Assembly: GCA_038228865.1 (NCBI GenBank)
Contig: JBBROX010000001.1
Location: forward strand, 368,657-432,656
From: Sphingomonadales bacterium
GTDB taxonomy: Bacteria > Pseudomonadota > Alphaproteobacteria > Sphingomonadales > Sphingomonadaceae
DNA: 64,000 bases
Direction of reading: 5' to 3'
Shown: positions 19,082 through 27,795 of the stretch, in pieces
Layout of the letters: every line of letters starts with the position of its first letter
Position numbering within the stretch: position 1 is the stretch's first letter
Translations under genes and position numbers: made by a program
Notes under the pieces: generated by a model
Seen by the model: only the letters and a program-made list of their open reading frames with translations
The model's database searches: none
Told to the model about the DNA's origin: nothing

Positions 19082-20455
19082 TTGGTACAGGGTTCGAGTG
19101 AACGCCAGCGGGGCCGGTCTCAAACCAAAATCGCTCTGGTCGGTCTGTTAGGATGGGCCGCTCTGCTTGCGACAGGTGCATCGGCCCAGATCCAGCAGCC
19201 GACGGCAGCAGTTCCAGGCCCTCGAGAGTCGGACCCGGTGGCGATAGGCTGGATGCGCGGCAGTCCGCCGCCGCGCGACAAGGTCATCCGGTTCGAGGAC
19301 GGCTCCTACGGCCGGTTTCCGCAAACCCGTTGGTCGTTCGCGCATTATCGGGAGCTTTTTCCCACCGCCAGAGTCTCGCGCGGAAAGGACCCTGTTTCTG
19401 CCTTGCCCGTAAGGCTGCGCACCGACCTGGATGGCGTCATCTTCACGCCGCTGGGCAAGCAAGATCCTATGACCTGGGCGCAGGCGCTTGAGGCGGTTTA
19501 TGCCGATGGCGTTATCGTTCTGCACCGCGGCCGGATCGTCTATGAGCGGTATATGGGGGTCATGGACGGCGACCGGCCGCACATCGCCTTTTCGGTGTCG
19601 AAGTCGTTTTCCGGAACGCTGGCCGAAATGCTCATTGCCGAAGGAAAGCTCGATCAGAACGCGTTGATTGCCCGCTACATTCCGGAACTATCGGCAAGCG
19701 GTTTTGGCGACGCCACTGTCAGGCAGATGCTCGACATGACGACCGGCCTCGACTATTCGGAAAACTATTCCGACCCGAAGGCCCAGGTCGTAAACTACGC
19801 CTGGGCAGCGGGCGCGGCCCCGAGGCCGGCGGGGTATGCCGGGCCGAGAGACATCTTCGATTTCCTGAAAACCGTTCCCAAATCGGGCAGTCACGGCGAC
19901 CAGTTTACCTATCGCACAATCAACACCGAAGTGTTGGGGATCCTGCTTTCCCGCGTGACTGACAAGACGTTACCAAGTCTTCTGAGTGAACGGATCTGGT
20001 CAAAGCTGGGCGCGGAACACGATGCCGATTTTGTCGTGGATTCGAGCGGGACCGCCATTGCAGGCGGCGGGTTGAACATGACCCTGCGCGATGCCGCACG
20101 GTTCGGGGAAATGCTGCGTCTGGGCGGAAGGTTCAACGCGCAGCAGATCGTGCCTGCAGCAGCCGTCGCGTCGATCCGGCGGGGCGCAAGTCAGGCCGAC
20201 TTTGCCAAGGCCGGATACGCCACGTTGCCGAACTGGTCCTACCACAGCCAATGGTGGGTGAGCCACAACCGGAACGGTGCCTTCTCTGCACGCGGCATCT
20301 ATGGTCAGGCGATCTACGTCGACCCGAGGGCCGAAATGGTGATCGTGCGCTTCGCGTCCAATCCAAAAGCGGCGAACGCGAACTTCGATCCCATTTCGCT
20401 CCCGGCGTATCAGGCTATTGCCGATCGGCTGATGCAGCCGACACGAACCAAATAG
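19082..20455 (+). CDS. Serine hydrolase, beta-lactamase class C/NylB-like, probably exported
   Basis: SVSK (SxxK), FTYRTINT, GGGLNMTLRDAARFG, ARGIYGQ; N-terminal hydrophobic signal-like segment. Confidence 0.88.
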   Translation: MVQGSSERQRGRSQTKIALVGLLGWAALLATGASAQIQQPTAAVPGPRESDPVAIGWMRGSPPPRDKVIRFEDGSYGRFPQTRWSFAHYRELFPTARVSRGKDPVSALPVRLRTDLDGVIFTPLGKQDPMTWAQALEAVYADGVIVLHRGRIVYERYMGVMDGDRPHIAFSVSKSFSGTLAEMLIAEGKLDQNALIARYIPELSASGFGDATVRQMLDMTTGLDYSENYSDPKAQVVNYAWAAGAAPRPAGYAGPRDIFDFLKTVPKSGSHGDQFTYRTINTEVLGILLSRVTDKTLPSLLSERIWSKLGAEHDADFVVDSSGTAIAGGGLNMTLRDAARFGEMLRLGGRFNAQQIVPAAAVASIRRGASQADFAKAGYATLPNWSYHSQWWVSHNRNGAFSARGIYGQAIYVDPRAEMVIVRFASNPKAANANFDPISLPAYQAIADRLMQPTRTK

Positions 20456-20495
20456 AGCACTCCAGACATCAGAGCTTTGCCCTCGACGCCAATCG

Positions 20496-20882
20496 CTATC
20501 GACCGAACCCGCGCAACGCCTTGCCCTGGGCCGAGTCCAGATATTCGTCGAGGCGCACGATGACGCCGTTCTCGATCCGCACAATGACGCATGCGAACAT
20601 TTTCCACTTGGTCCCGTCGGGCAGCGTCGCCTCCAGGATATGCTGCTGCACGAAACCGTCCTTCAGCGCGGCGCGGTAAAGCACGCGGTAGTAGCGGTCG
20701 GGCAGCGTTTTGATGAACCAATCCAGCACGGCCATGTTCTGGTCGACGGTCTGTTCGATATCGTCGGTGTTGTGCCACAGCTTCGCATCGGGGGCGTAGC
20801 AGGCGCGGACGGCATCCACATCACCGGCCTGAATTGCGCCGACAAAACGCTCTGCGAACTCGAGAATCTGGGTTTCGTCCAA
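20496..20882 (-). CDS. NTF2/SnoaL-like protein
   Basis: 128 aa; AGDVDAVRACYAPDA.LWHN and RLDEYLD, NTF2-fold pattern. Confidence 0.75.
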   Translation of the reverse strand: MDETQILEFAERFVGAIQAGDVDAVRACYAPDAKLWHNTDDIEQTVDQNMAVLDWFIKTLPDRYYRVLYRAALKDGFVQQHILEATLPDGTKWKMFACVIVRIENGVIVRLDEYLDSAQGKALRGFGR

Positions 20883-20917
20883 CGCTAGGCTCCTTGGGTT
20901 GATTCAGTCGTGCTCGG

Positions 20918-21661
20918 CTATTCGCGGTTCAGCGCCCTCGCCATGGATTTTGCCAGACCGCTAGGATCGCGCGCGAGAAAGGCGCGGACCGAAATGGCGT
21001 GGGCATCGGTGTCGTGCTCGTCGATCTGGTGCCGTGCCGCCAGCAGGCCGGCACGAGCGATGTCGCGTGGTGTCGACTTGACCTGGTTTTTCACATGATC
21101 GGCCATCCGCGTATCGACCGACCCGACGATGAGCGCCGCGACGTGAGTGCCCTGTGGTGCGAGTTCTGCCCGCAGACAGGTCGACGCGGCACGCGCGGCG
21201 AATTTCGACGGGCTGTAGCCCCCCATGCCGGGTACCGCCACAATCCCGCCCGCCGACAGGACGTTCACGACGCCTCCGCCGCCGTTGCGTTTCAGGATCG
21301 GCGCAAAGGCCCGGATCATCGACACAACCCCGATGTAGTTCGTCTCGATCTCCTGCCGCATTGCGGTCATGTCGGGCGCGGTCAGCAGGGTGGTCATGCC
21401 GAAGGATCCGGCATTGTTGACGACGAGGTCGACGTCGCCGCAGGCCTCGGCCGCTGCCGCTACCTGCCGCTCGTCGGTCACATCCAGTTGAATGCCGACA
21501 AGCCGGGCGGGATCGCGTGCTGCGGCTTGCTGGGCATCGGCAAGCGATCGCGCGCCGATGTAGACGCGCCGAGCGCCCTGTTCGAGCAGTTCCTCAACGA
21601 ACCCCTCGCCGATCCCGCGGTTTCCGCCGGTCACGATGGCCGTGCAATTCTCGATGTTCAT
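20918..21661 (-). CDS. Short-chain dehydrogenase/reductase
   Basis: TGGNRGIG, VNNAG, YSPSK. Confidence 0.9.
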   Translation of the reverse strand: MNIENCTAIVTGGNRGIGEGFVEELLEQGARRVYIGARSLADAQQAAARDPARLVGIQLDVTDERQVAAAAEACGDVDLVVNNAGSFGMTTLLTAPDMTAMRQEIETNYIGVVSMIRAFAPILKRNGGGGVVNVLSAGGIVAVPGMGGYSPSKFAARAASTCLRAELAPQGTHVAALIVGSVDTRMADHVKNQVKSTPRDIARAGLLAARHQIDEHDTDAHAISVRAFLARDPSGLAKSMARALNRE

Positions 21662-21707
21662 TTGCGTACCTGCCCTAGGCTTTGTGGGAGCATGTTGAAA
21701 GCGCGGG

Positions 21708-22160
21708 CTATTTGACGCCCATTTCCGACAGAAGCTGGGCGCGGTCGTAATATTCGCGCCATTCTTTCACCTTGCCGCCTTCAATGAAGAGGACGCCGAC
21801 GACCGGCACCTTGCCCGGATGGCCCTTGTAGACAAATTCATCGACGCGCTCGACGAAAACGGCGTCGCCGATGCGACCGATGTGGCTGACGTGCAGCGTA
21901 ATCGACTGGATCCCGGCACCTAGGGCCGTGAGCCGTTCGGACACGGCCTTGCGGCCGACCACCGGCTCGCTCATCATCGAGTGGAGGACACCGTCTTCGG
22001 TGAACAACGCACCGACCAATGGCCAGTCGCGCTTGTTCCAGGCGTCGATCATTTTCTCGACCACGGCGATCTTGGCGTCGGGCTGCTTTGGTGCCTCTTT
22101 CGCATAGGCACCGGTCGCGCCCATGAGAGCCAGAAGTGCCACCAATATCCAGTTACGCAT
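21708..22160 (-). CDS. Exported limonene-1,2-epoxide hydrolase-like (NTF2 fold) protein
   Basis: Sec signal MRNWILVALLALMGATGAYA; FVERVD, PVVGV, WREYYD resemble LEH motifs. Confidence 0.72.
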   Translation of the reverse strand: MRNWILVALLALMGATGAYAKEAPKQPDAKIAVVEKMIDAWNKRDWPLVGALFTEDGVLHSMMSEPVVGRKAVSERLTALGAGIQSITLHVSHIGRIGDAVFVERVDEFVYKGHPGKVPVVGVLFIEGGKVKEWREYYDRAQLLSEMGVK

Positions 22161-22209
22161 GTTCTTCAGCCTCTCGGAGAATTTACTCTCTACAAGTCGG
22201 ATAGTGCGA

Positions 22210-22719
22210 TTACCGCGCCGGCCGCGACGTCAGTTCGATGACCTGCGCCGAAGCGGCCTCGCCGCGCTTCTGAGCATCAATGATGCCGCGATCGACATAA
22301 TCGCGCCAGCCGCTGATCAGGTCGCCGCGGAATTCGATGATGCCCGCATAGGGTGCCTTGATCGTGTGGCCGTCGAGCGAGTCATATTCGTCGACACCTT
22401 CGGCGAACAGACGATCCGCTGTTTCGGCATGTTCGAATATCCGCCACCGGACCGCGCCGATATTCGCGCCGAACTTATCGATGAAGGCGCGACATTCGGC
22501 TTTTCCGCGTGCTGGCGGCGCGATGGCAGCGGCGTAATGCCACACGATGTTATCCGTCATGCTGTTGATGATGAAGTCGACGTCCTTGCGCTTCCAGGCG
22601 TCGATGACGGCGCTGAATTGCTTGAATCGCTTGTCCATGGCGGTGACTTTCGAATGAGCAGAGATGGGTAGGGCGGAAGCGGCAATCGCAGTTGCAACGA
22701 ATAGCCGGCGGTCAATCAT
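22210..22719 (-). CDS. Tat-exported LEH-like/NTF2-fold protein
   Basis: Twin-arginine signal MIDRRLFVATAIAA; FAEGVDEY and ISGWRDYVD. Confidence 0.7.
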   Translation of the reverse strand: MIDRRLFVATAIAASALPISAHSKVTAMDKRFKQFSAVIDAWKRKDVDFIINSMTDNIVWHYAAAIAPPARGKAECRAFIDKFGANIGAVRWRIFEHAETADRLFAEGVDEYDSLDGHTIKAPYAGIIEFRGDLISGWRDYVDRGIIDAQKRGEAASAQVIELTSRPAR

Positions 22720-22763
22720 GGACTATCTCCAATCGCCACCGGCGACCCGTGTTCAGCTTCACA

Positions 22764-22792
22764 GCCGTGCCGGGCTTTTCCCCCGGCACGGC
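22764..22792 (-). other. Perfect 11-bp GC stem-loop downstream of the TonB receptor gene (possible mRNA-stabilising or attenuating hairpin)
   Basis: GCCGTGCCGGG-cttttcc-CCCGGCACGGC; no U-tract follows on the minus strand. Confidence 0.6.
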
Positions 22793-22802
22793 ATGCGGTG
22801 TT

Positions 22803-25115
22803 TTAGAATTTCGCCGAGACCTCAAGGCCGAAGGTACGCGGCGGCGCGTAGGACGACATCTCGTCGCGGAAGAACACGATGATGTTGGTCCGGTAGAGCT
22901 TGTCTGTCAGGTTCTTGGCAAAAACCGACACGCTCCAATTCTTCTCTGGCAGCTTGAAGGTCAAGCGACCGTCGAGCGTCCCATAGCCTTCTTCCCATGT
23001 CGTGTTCTCGGGCGCCCAGGGCATACGGCCCTGATAGCGATAGGCGAGTCTTGCCGTCAGGGCGTCTTCCCAGTCGCCACTGCCGATCGAGGCTTCCGCG
23101 CCGACGGCGAACTGGAATTGCGGCGTACGCTGCAGCTTGTTGCCCGAGTTGTTCACGCCTGCGAAGACGAAATCGTCATATTTTGCATCGAGATATGTGC
23201 CGCTGACCCATGCGCGAATGCTCCGGGTCGGGGCAAACTGGAGGTCGGACTCGATACCCTTGATCGTGGCACTCGCAGCGTTGCTGATGACGTTGCACAG
23301 GCACGAGGCAAGCGTCTGCTGAACCTGAAGATTTTTGTACTTCATCAGGAACAAGGCCGAGTTCCAGCGGAGCTTGCGATCGAACAATTCAGCCTTGTAG
23401 CCCACTTCGTAATTGGTCACTGTCTCTGGATTGTACGCGATCGTGGCGGCAACCCCGGACGATGCGTTGTTCAGGAAACCGCCGCCTTTAAACCCCTGGG
23501 AATAGGTGGCGTAGGCCAACATGGTATTGCTGGGCGTCCAGCTGATCGTCACCTGCGGCGTCGTGTCGCTCCATGACTTGCCATAGGGCACGTTGAAGTT
23601 TTGCGTCAGCGGCGTCAGCGGGGTTGGGTCTGCGGGATTGTACCGGTCGCCGGTGGCTACGATAATGCCCTGCTGATTACCGGATTTGCGATCGCGCGTG
23701 TAACGGATGCCGGCGTCGATCTTCAGCGTATCGGTCAGCTTGTAACCCAGTTGGGCGAACACGGCGTAGTCTTCGTTCTGGCCGCTATCGATCCATTGCG
23801 ATTCACCGCTGAGCGTCGGCAGAACGAGCGATTCGCCCCAGAAACGGTTACGTTGAGTGACGTTGCTCTTCAGGTAAAATGCCCCGACGATCCAGCTCAG
23901 CTTCTGGTCGTCGTCCTTCGACTGCAACCGGAGTTCCTGGGTGAAGTAATTGCCCGTTTCCCGGAAGTTGACCGGTTCCGCAAACAGCAGGCTAGACCCC
24001 ACGCTGGCCAGTTCCGCTGCTGTGAAATTGAACCCGTTGTTGGGGCCAAGTCCGGTCTGGTCATAGAGCGTGTAGGACTTGTTGTTCCGGTACCCGGTAA
24101 TGCTGGACAGGGTAATCTTGTCCCCCAAGTCCTGAGACAGTTTCAGGATGAGGCTGTAGTTGTCGCGTGTCGCACTCTGCGGAGACGGTGCCGCGTCGCC
24201 GGCGAACTGCGGCCAGACGGCATAGCTTTCGCGCGGGCCCAGCGTTCGGCCCAGACGCGCGCTGATCAGTTTGCGCGTGCCCGACCAGATGGTCGCACCC
24301 GTGGCCAGCGTCGGGCTCTGAACTCCGACGCGGTTCACGCCGTTATCGCTGGTCTGCGAAAAATCAGCGATGAAAAGTCCCTTGAAACCGCTGCCTTCGG
24401 GCTCGTAACCCAGTTGCAAGCGTCCCTGCGTCGAATCCAAATTCTCGAGATCGACGTTGTGAAGAAGATCGCGCGCATAGCCCGAATGTTTGATCGCCTG
24501 AAACGAGATGCGACCCGACAGCCCATCGGCGATCCGGCCGTTGATGTAGCCGGTGAACTGCCGAAGGTCGTAATTACCGATCGTGAGCGTGGCCGAGCCC
24601 GAATTGGTTTGCGTCGGCGGGTTGCTGATCACGTTCACGGCGCCACCGGCGACGTTCTTGCCCAAAAGCACGCCCTGCGGGCCGCGAACGACCTCGATAC
24701 GCGCGACGTCGTAGAAGGCGGTGTTGAGCACGCCCGAACGACCTGCATAGACGTCATCGACAAACGTCGAAACGGACTGGTCAGCGGTCGGCCCGGTCAG
24801 ACGCGTATTCACCACACCGCGAATGTTGATTTCATTGGCTTGCGGCGAATTCGACGTGAACGAGATGCCCGTCATCGTCTGAGCAAGATCGTTGATCGAA
24901 ACCACGCGGTCCTTTTCGAGTGTTGCGCCTGAAACGGCAGAAATTGCCAGCGGCGCATCTTGCACGTTCTCAGCACGCTTTTGTGCCGTGACGATGATGG
25001 TTTCGAGGTTGGAAGTTTCGGCAGTTTCCGGCGGCGTCTGGGCCATTGCCGGAAACGCGATACCGAGGGCTGCGAGCGTCACGACGGACGACGCGCGTAA
25101 AGGCACTTTTCTCAT
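22803..25115 (-). CDS. TonB-dependent receptor
   Basis: Signal peptide; TonB box LETIIVTAQKR; plug motif RIEVVRGPQG.L.GKN..GGAVN; NLTDKLY and C-terminal Phe. Confidence 0.96.
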   Translation of the reverse strand: MRKVPLRASSVVTLAALGIAFPAMAQTPPETAETSNLETIIVTAQKRAENVQDAPLAISAVSGATLEKDRVVSINDLAQTMTGISFTSNSPQANEINIRGVVNTRLTGPTADQSVSTFVDDVYAGRSGVLNTAFYDVARIEVVRGPQGVLLGKNVAGGAVNVISNPPTQTNSGSATLTIGNYDLRQFTGYINGRIADGLSGRISFQAIKHSGYARDLLHNVDLENLDSTQGRLQLGYEPEGSGFKGLFIADFSQTSDNGVNRVGVQSPTLATGATIWSGTRKLISARLGRTLGPRESYAVWPQFAGDAAPSPQSATRDNYSLILKLSQDLGDKITLSSITGYRNNKSYTLYDQTGLGPNNGFNFTAAELASVGSSLLFAEPVNFRETGNYFTQELRLQSKDDDQKLSWIVGAFYLKSNVTQRNRFWGESLVLPTLSGESQWIDSGQNEDYAVFAQLGYKLTDTLKIDAGIRYTRDRKSGNQQGIIVATGDRYNPADPTPLTPLTQNFNVPYGKSWSDTTPQVTISWTPSNTMLAYATYSQGFKGGGFLNNASSGVAATIAYNPETVTNYEVGYKAELFDRKLRWNSALFLMKYKNLQVQQTLASCLCNVISNAASATIKGIESDLQFAPTRSIRAWVSGTYLDAKYDDFVFAGVNNSGNKLQRTPQFQFAVGAEASIGSGDWEDALTARLAYRYQGRMPWAPENTTWEEGYGTLDGRLTFKLPEKNWSVSVFAKNLTDKLYRTNIIVFFRDEMSSYAPPRTFGLEVSAKF

Positions 25116-25160
25116 ATATCCCTCCCCATATAGCGTGACTCGGTCGCTATCCGCCGAATC

Positions 25161-25177
25161 ACTTTTATAATCGTACT
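25161..25177 (-). promoter_or_regulatory. Candidate island operator, copy 2 (minus strand AGTACGATTATAAAAGT)
   Basis: 14/17 match to consensus; 45 bp upstream of the TonB receptor ATG. Confidence 0.6.
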
Positions 25178-25200
25178 TGCACCCCTAACTAAGGCGCACG

Positions 25201-25217
25201 AGTCCGGTTGTGCAAGT
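25201..25217 (+). promoter_or_regulatory. Candidate island operator, copy 3 (AGTCCGGTTGTGCAAGT)
   Basis: 13/17 match; in the divergent TBDR/SDR intergenic region. Confidence 0.45.
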
Positions 25218-25311
25218 GATTTTTGTGCGCAAAAAAACCGCAATGCTCAACCCGAAATGTGAGTGAGACAGAAAACTGCGAGACGGCTGCCGAGATTGCA
25301 TCCAGCTAGAC

Positions 25312-25328
25312 AATATGATTATGCAACT
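25312..25328 (+). promoter_or_regulatory. Candidate island operator, copy 4 (AATATGATTATGCAACT)
   Basis: 15/17 match; 81 bp upstream of the SDR ATG at 25410. Confidence 0.62.
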
Positions 25329-25409
25329 CAGGCGCATTGTCGTTTTTGCGCTGCGGCGTTCAGCAAATCGGCCGCAATTTCAAACGTTTGCTCAGATGTA
25401 GGCGCGGAT

Positions 25410-26375
25410 ATGGCAATTCCAAAAATGCTGCAGGGCCTTTCAAAGACACTCAATTTCTACGGTCGGTTTGCGCCATCGTTCACGCGGATCGGCTATGTAG
25501 CCCGCTTGCTTCCGCTCCGCCCGGTATCTGCCGATTTCACCGGTCAAAGCTGGCTGGTGACGGGTGCGACCGGCGGTATCGGCAAGGCGACGACGCTTCT
25601 CGCTGCATCCAAGGGCGCACGGGTATTGGCGGTGGGTCGCAACCGCGATGCGCTGGCGGCATTGGTCGCCGAAAGCGCGGGTCTCAAAGGCTCGGTCATC
25701 CCGATCGAATGCGATCTATCCTCGATTGCGGCGATCGACGAGATGGCACGCGGCGGTGAGATTTCGACGCCCATCGATGTGCTGGTCAATAACGTCGGCA
25801 TCCTGAACCGCCTGTATTCCGAGACGTCCGAAGGCTTCGAAACGACCTATGCGACAAGCCTTCTGGGGCATTTCCATTTGACCGAGACGCTGGCCGAGAT
25901 CGGGCGTCTCGCCGACCGATCGGTTCTCATCAATGTGGCGTCGGGCGGCATGTTCAATGTGCCGCTCAAACTGCCGATGCTCAATCAGAAGGAGAAGGGG
26001 TTCAACGGTTTCGCATCCTATGCGTCGCACAAACGCGCTCAGGTGGCCCTGGCCGATTACTGGCGGGCCAAGTTCGGCGCGCTCAACCTGCGTGCCTATG
26101 CCATTCATCCGGGCTGGGCCGATACGGCCGGTGTGCAATCGTCTTTGCCGACATTCCGCAAAATCCTGCGGCCCGTCTTGCGCAACGCCGAGCAGGGGGC
26201 CGACACCATCATCTGGCTGGCCGCCGAACGGCCCGATGCAGTCGATGATCGCGTCTGGTTCGACCGCAAGGAGCGGACCACCCATCCGTTTCCACATACC
26301 AGACAAGCAATGACGACGGTACCCGATCTGGTCGCGAAGCTTGATGCCGACAGCAAGCGGGCGTTGGCTGGTTAA
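25410..26375 (+). CDS. SDR family oxidoreductase (DHRS12-like)
   Basis: ATG at 25410; TGATGGIG, VNNVG, YASHK, HPGWADT.G, GADTIIWLA. Confidence 0.88.
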   Translation: MAIPKMLQGLSKTLNFYGRFAPSFTRIGYVARLLPLRPVSADFTGQSWLVTGATGGIGKATTLLAASKGARVLAVGRNRDALAALVAESAGLKGSVIPIECDLSSIAAIDEMARGGEISTPIDVLVNNVGILNRLYSETSEGFETTYATSLLGHFHLTETLAEIGRLADRSVLINVASGGMFNVPLKLPMLNQKEKGFNGFASYASHKRAQVALADYWRAKFGALNLRAYAIHPGWADTAGVQSSLPTFRKILRPVLRNAEQGADTIIWLAAERPDAVDDRVWFDRKERTTHPFPHTRQAMTTVPDLVAKLDADSKRALAG

Positions 26376-26441
26376 GTAGCCCGGCGATCGCCTTACGCGC
26401 TGCCTGTTGTTGCGACGGAACATTCTTGCCAAGCTATTGTA

Positions 26442-26458
26442 GCTTGTATAATCAAACC
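26442..26458 (-). promoter_or_regulatory. Candidate island operator, copy 5 (minus strand GGTTTGATTATACAAGC)
   Basis: 13/17 match; 43 bp upstream of the thiolase ATG; contains TATAAT on the plus strand. Confidence 0.5.
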
Positions 26459-26501
26459 AACAGGGCGGCGCGTCTCAACAGCGCAGCCTCGGGAGAGCGA
26501 T

Positions 26502-27731
26502 ATGGTCTATGTTCTGGGCGGGTGGCAGAGCGACTACGCAAAGAATTGGGATCGCCACGGTATGGAACTGGCCGATGCGTTCTCGGAGGTGGTCCAGAAC
26601 GGTCTGGAGTCCGTCCATCTCGAGCCATCCGACGTCGAAGTCGGGCATGTTGGCAATTTCGTTGGTGACCTGTTTGCGGGGCAGGGCATGCTTGGCGGCT
26701 TTTTCGGGCTGGTCGATCCGGCTTTCAACGGATTGCCAACATCGAGGCACGAAGCCGCCTGCGCTTCGGGGAGTGTGGCGATTCTGGCGGCAACGGCCGA
26801 CATCGAGTCGGGCCGGTACGATCTGGCCTGTGTTGTCGGACTCGAGCTAATGCGCAACGTTTCGGGAGTCATTGCTGCGCAGCATTTGGGTGCTGCCGCT
26901 TGGGCCGGTCATGAATATCAGGATGCCACCTACGCGTGGCCGCGCGCTTTTTCCGATCTCGCGGAGGAATATGACCGGCGTTATGGGTTGTCCTATGAGC
27001 ATCTGATGGCGATTTCGCGAAACAACTTCGCCAATGGCAAGCTCAATCCCAATGCCCAGACGCGCAGCTACCAGTTTACGCCTGAAGCCTTCACGGCATC
27101 CGACGAGCACAATCCAGTTATTGAGGGGCGGACGCGCAAGATGGATTGCGGCCAGGTCAGCGATGGTTCGGCCGTGGTGTTTCTGGCGTCTGCAGAGCGC
27201 GCCGCAGACTATGCCCGCAAGCGTGGCATTCCGCTTGATTCCATACCGCGCATCACAGGCTGGGGACATCGTTCGGCCCCTATTTCCTACAGCGCGAAAA
27301 TCCGCGCGAGCGAAAACGAACCCTACGTGTTCCCGCAGGTCCACCGGGCAGCGATCGAAGCACGGACGCGCGCCGGACTGGCCGATGTGGCGCAGATCGA
27401 CGCGTTCGAAGTACACGACTGCTTTGCGATGACCGAGTATATGGCGATTGACCACCTCGGCATTACAACGCCCGGCGAGGCGTGGAAAGCGGTGGAAAGC
27501 GGTTCGATCGAAATCGGTGGCGCCAATCCGATCAACGCCTCGGGCGGCCTGATCGGTATGGGCCATCCGGTCGGCGCGACGGGCGTCCGCATGGTTCTCG
27601 ACGGCTACAAGCAGGTTACGGACACGGCCGGCGATTACCAGGTCGAAGGGGCACAGCGGCTGCAGACGCTCAACATCGGCGGGTCGACGACCACAACTGT
27701 GAGCTTCATCGTAGAAAAAATGGCGGCGTGA
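26502..27731 (+). CDS. SCP2-type thiolase (acetyl-CoA acetyltransferase family)
   Basis: RHEAACASGS, EVHDCF, GHPVGATG, TLNIGGS (SCP2-thiolase pattern). Confidence 0.9.
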   Translation: MVYVLGGWQSDYAKNWDRHGMELADAFSEVVQNGLESVHLEPSDVEVGHVGNFVGDLFAGQGMLGGFFGLVDPAFNGLPTSRHEAACASGSVAILAATADIESGRYDLACVVGLELMRNVSGVIAAQHLGAAAWAGHEYQDATYAWPRAFSDLAEEYDRRYGLSYEHLMAISRNNFANGKLNPNAQTRSYQFTPEAFTASDEHNPVIEGRTRKMDCGQVSDGSAVVFLASAERAADYARKRGIPLDSIPRITGWGHRSAPISYSAKIRASENEPYVFPQVHRAAIEARTRAGLADVAQIDAFEVHDCFAMTEYMAIDHLGITTPGEAWKAVESGSIEIGGANPINASGGLIGMGHPVGATGVRMVLDGYKQVTDTAGDYQVEGAQRLQTLNIGGSTTTTVSFIVEKMAA

Positions 27732-27795
27732 GCGACAGCGTTTTCGATTGCGCGGCGCAGTTCCTGCTTGCCGCCGATATCCGGATCGTCCTGCG

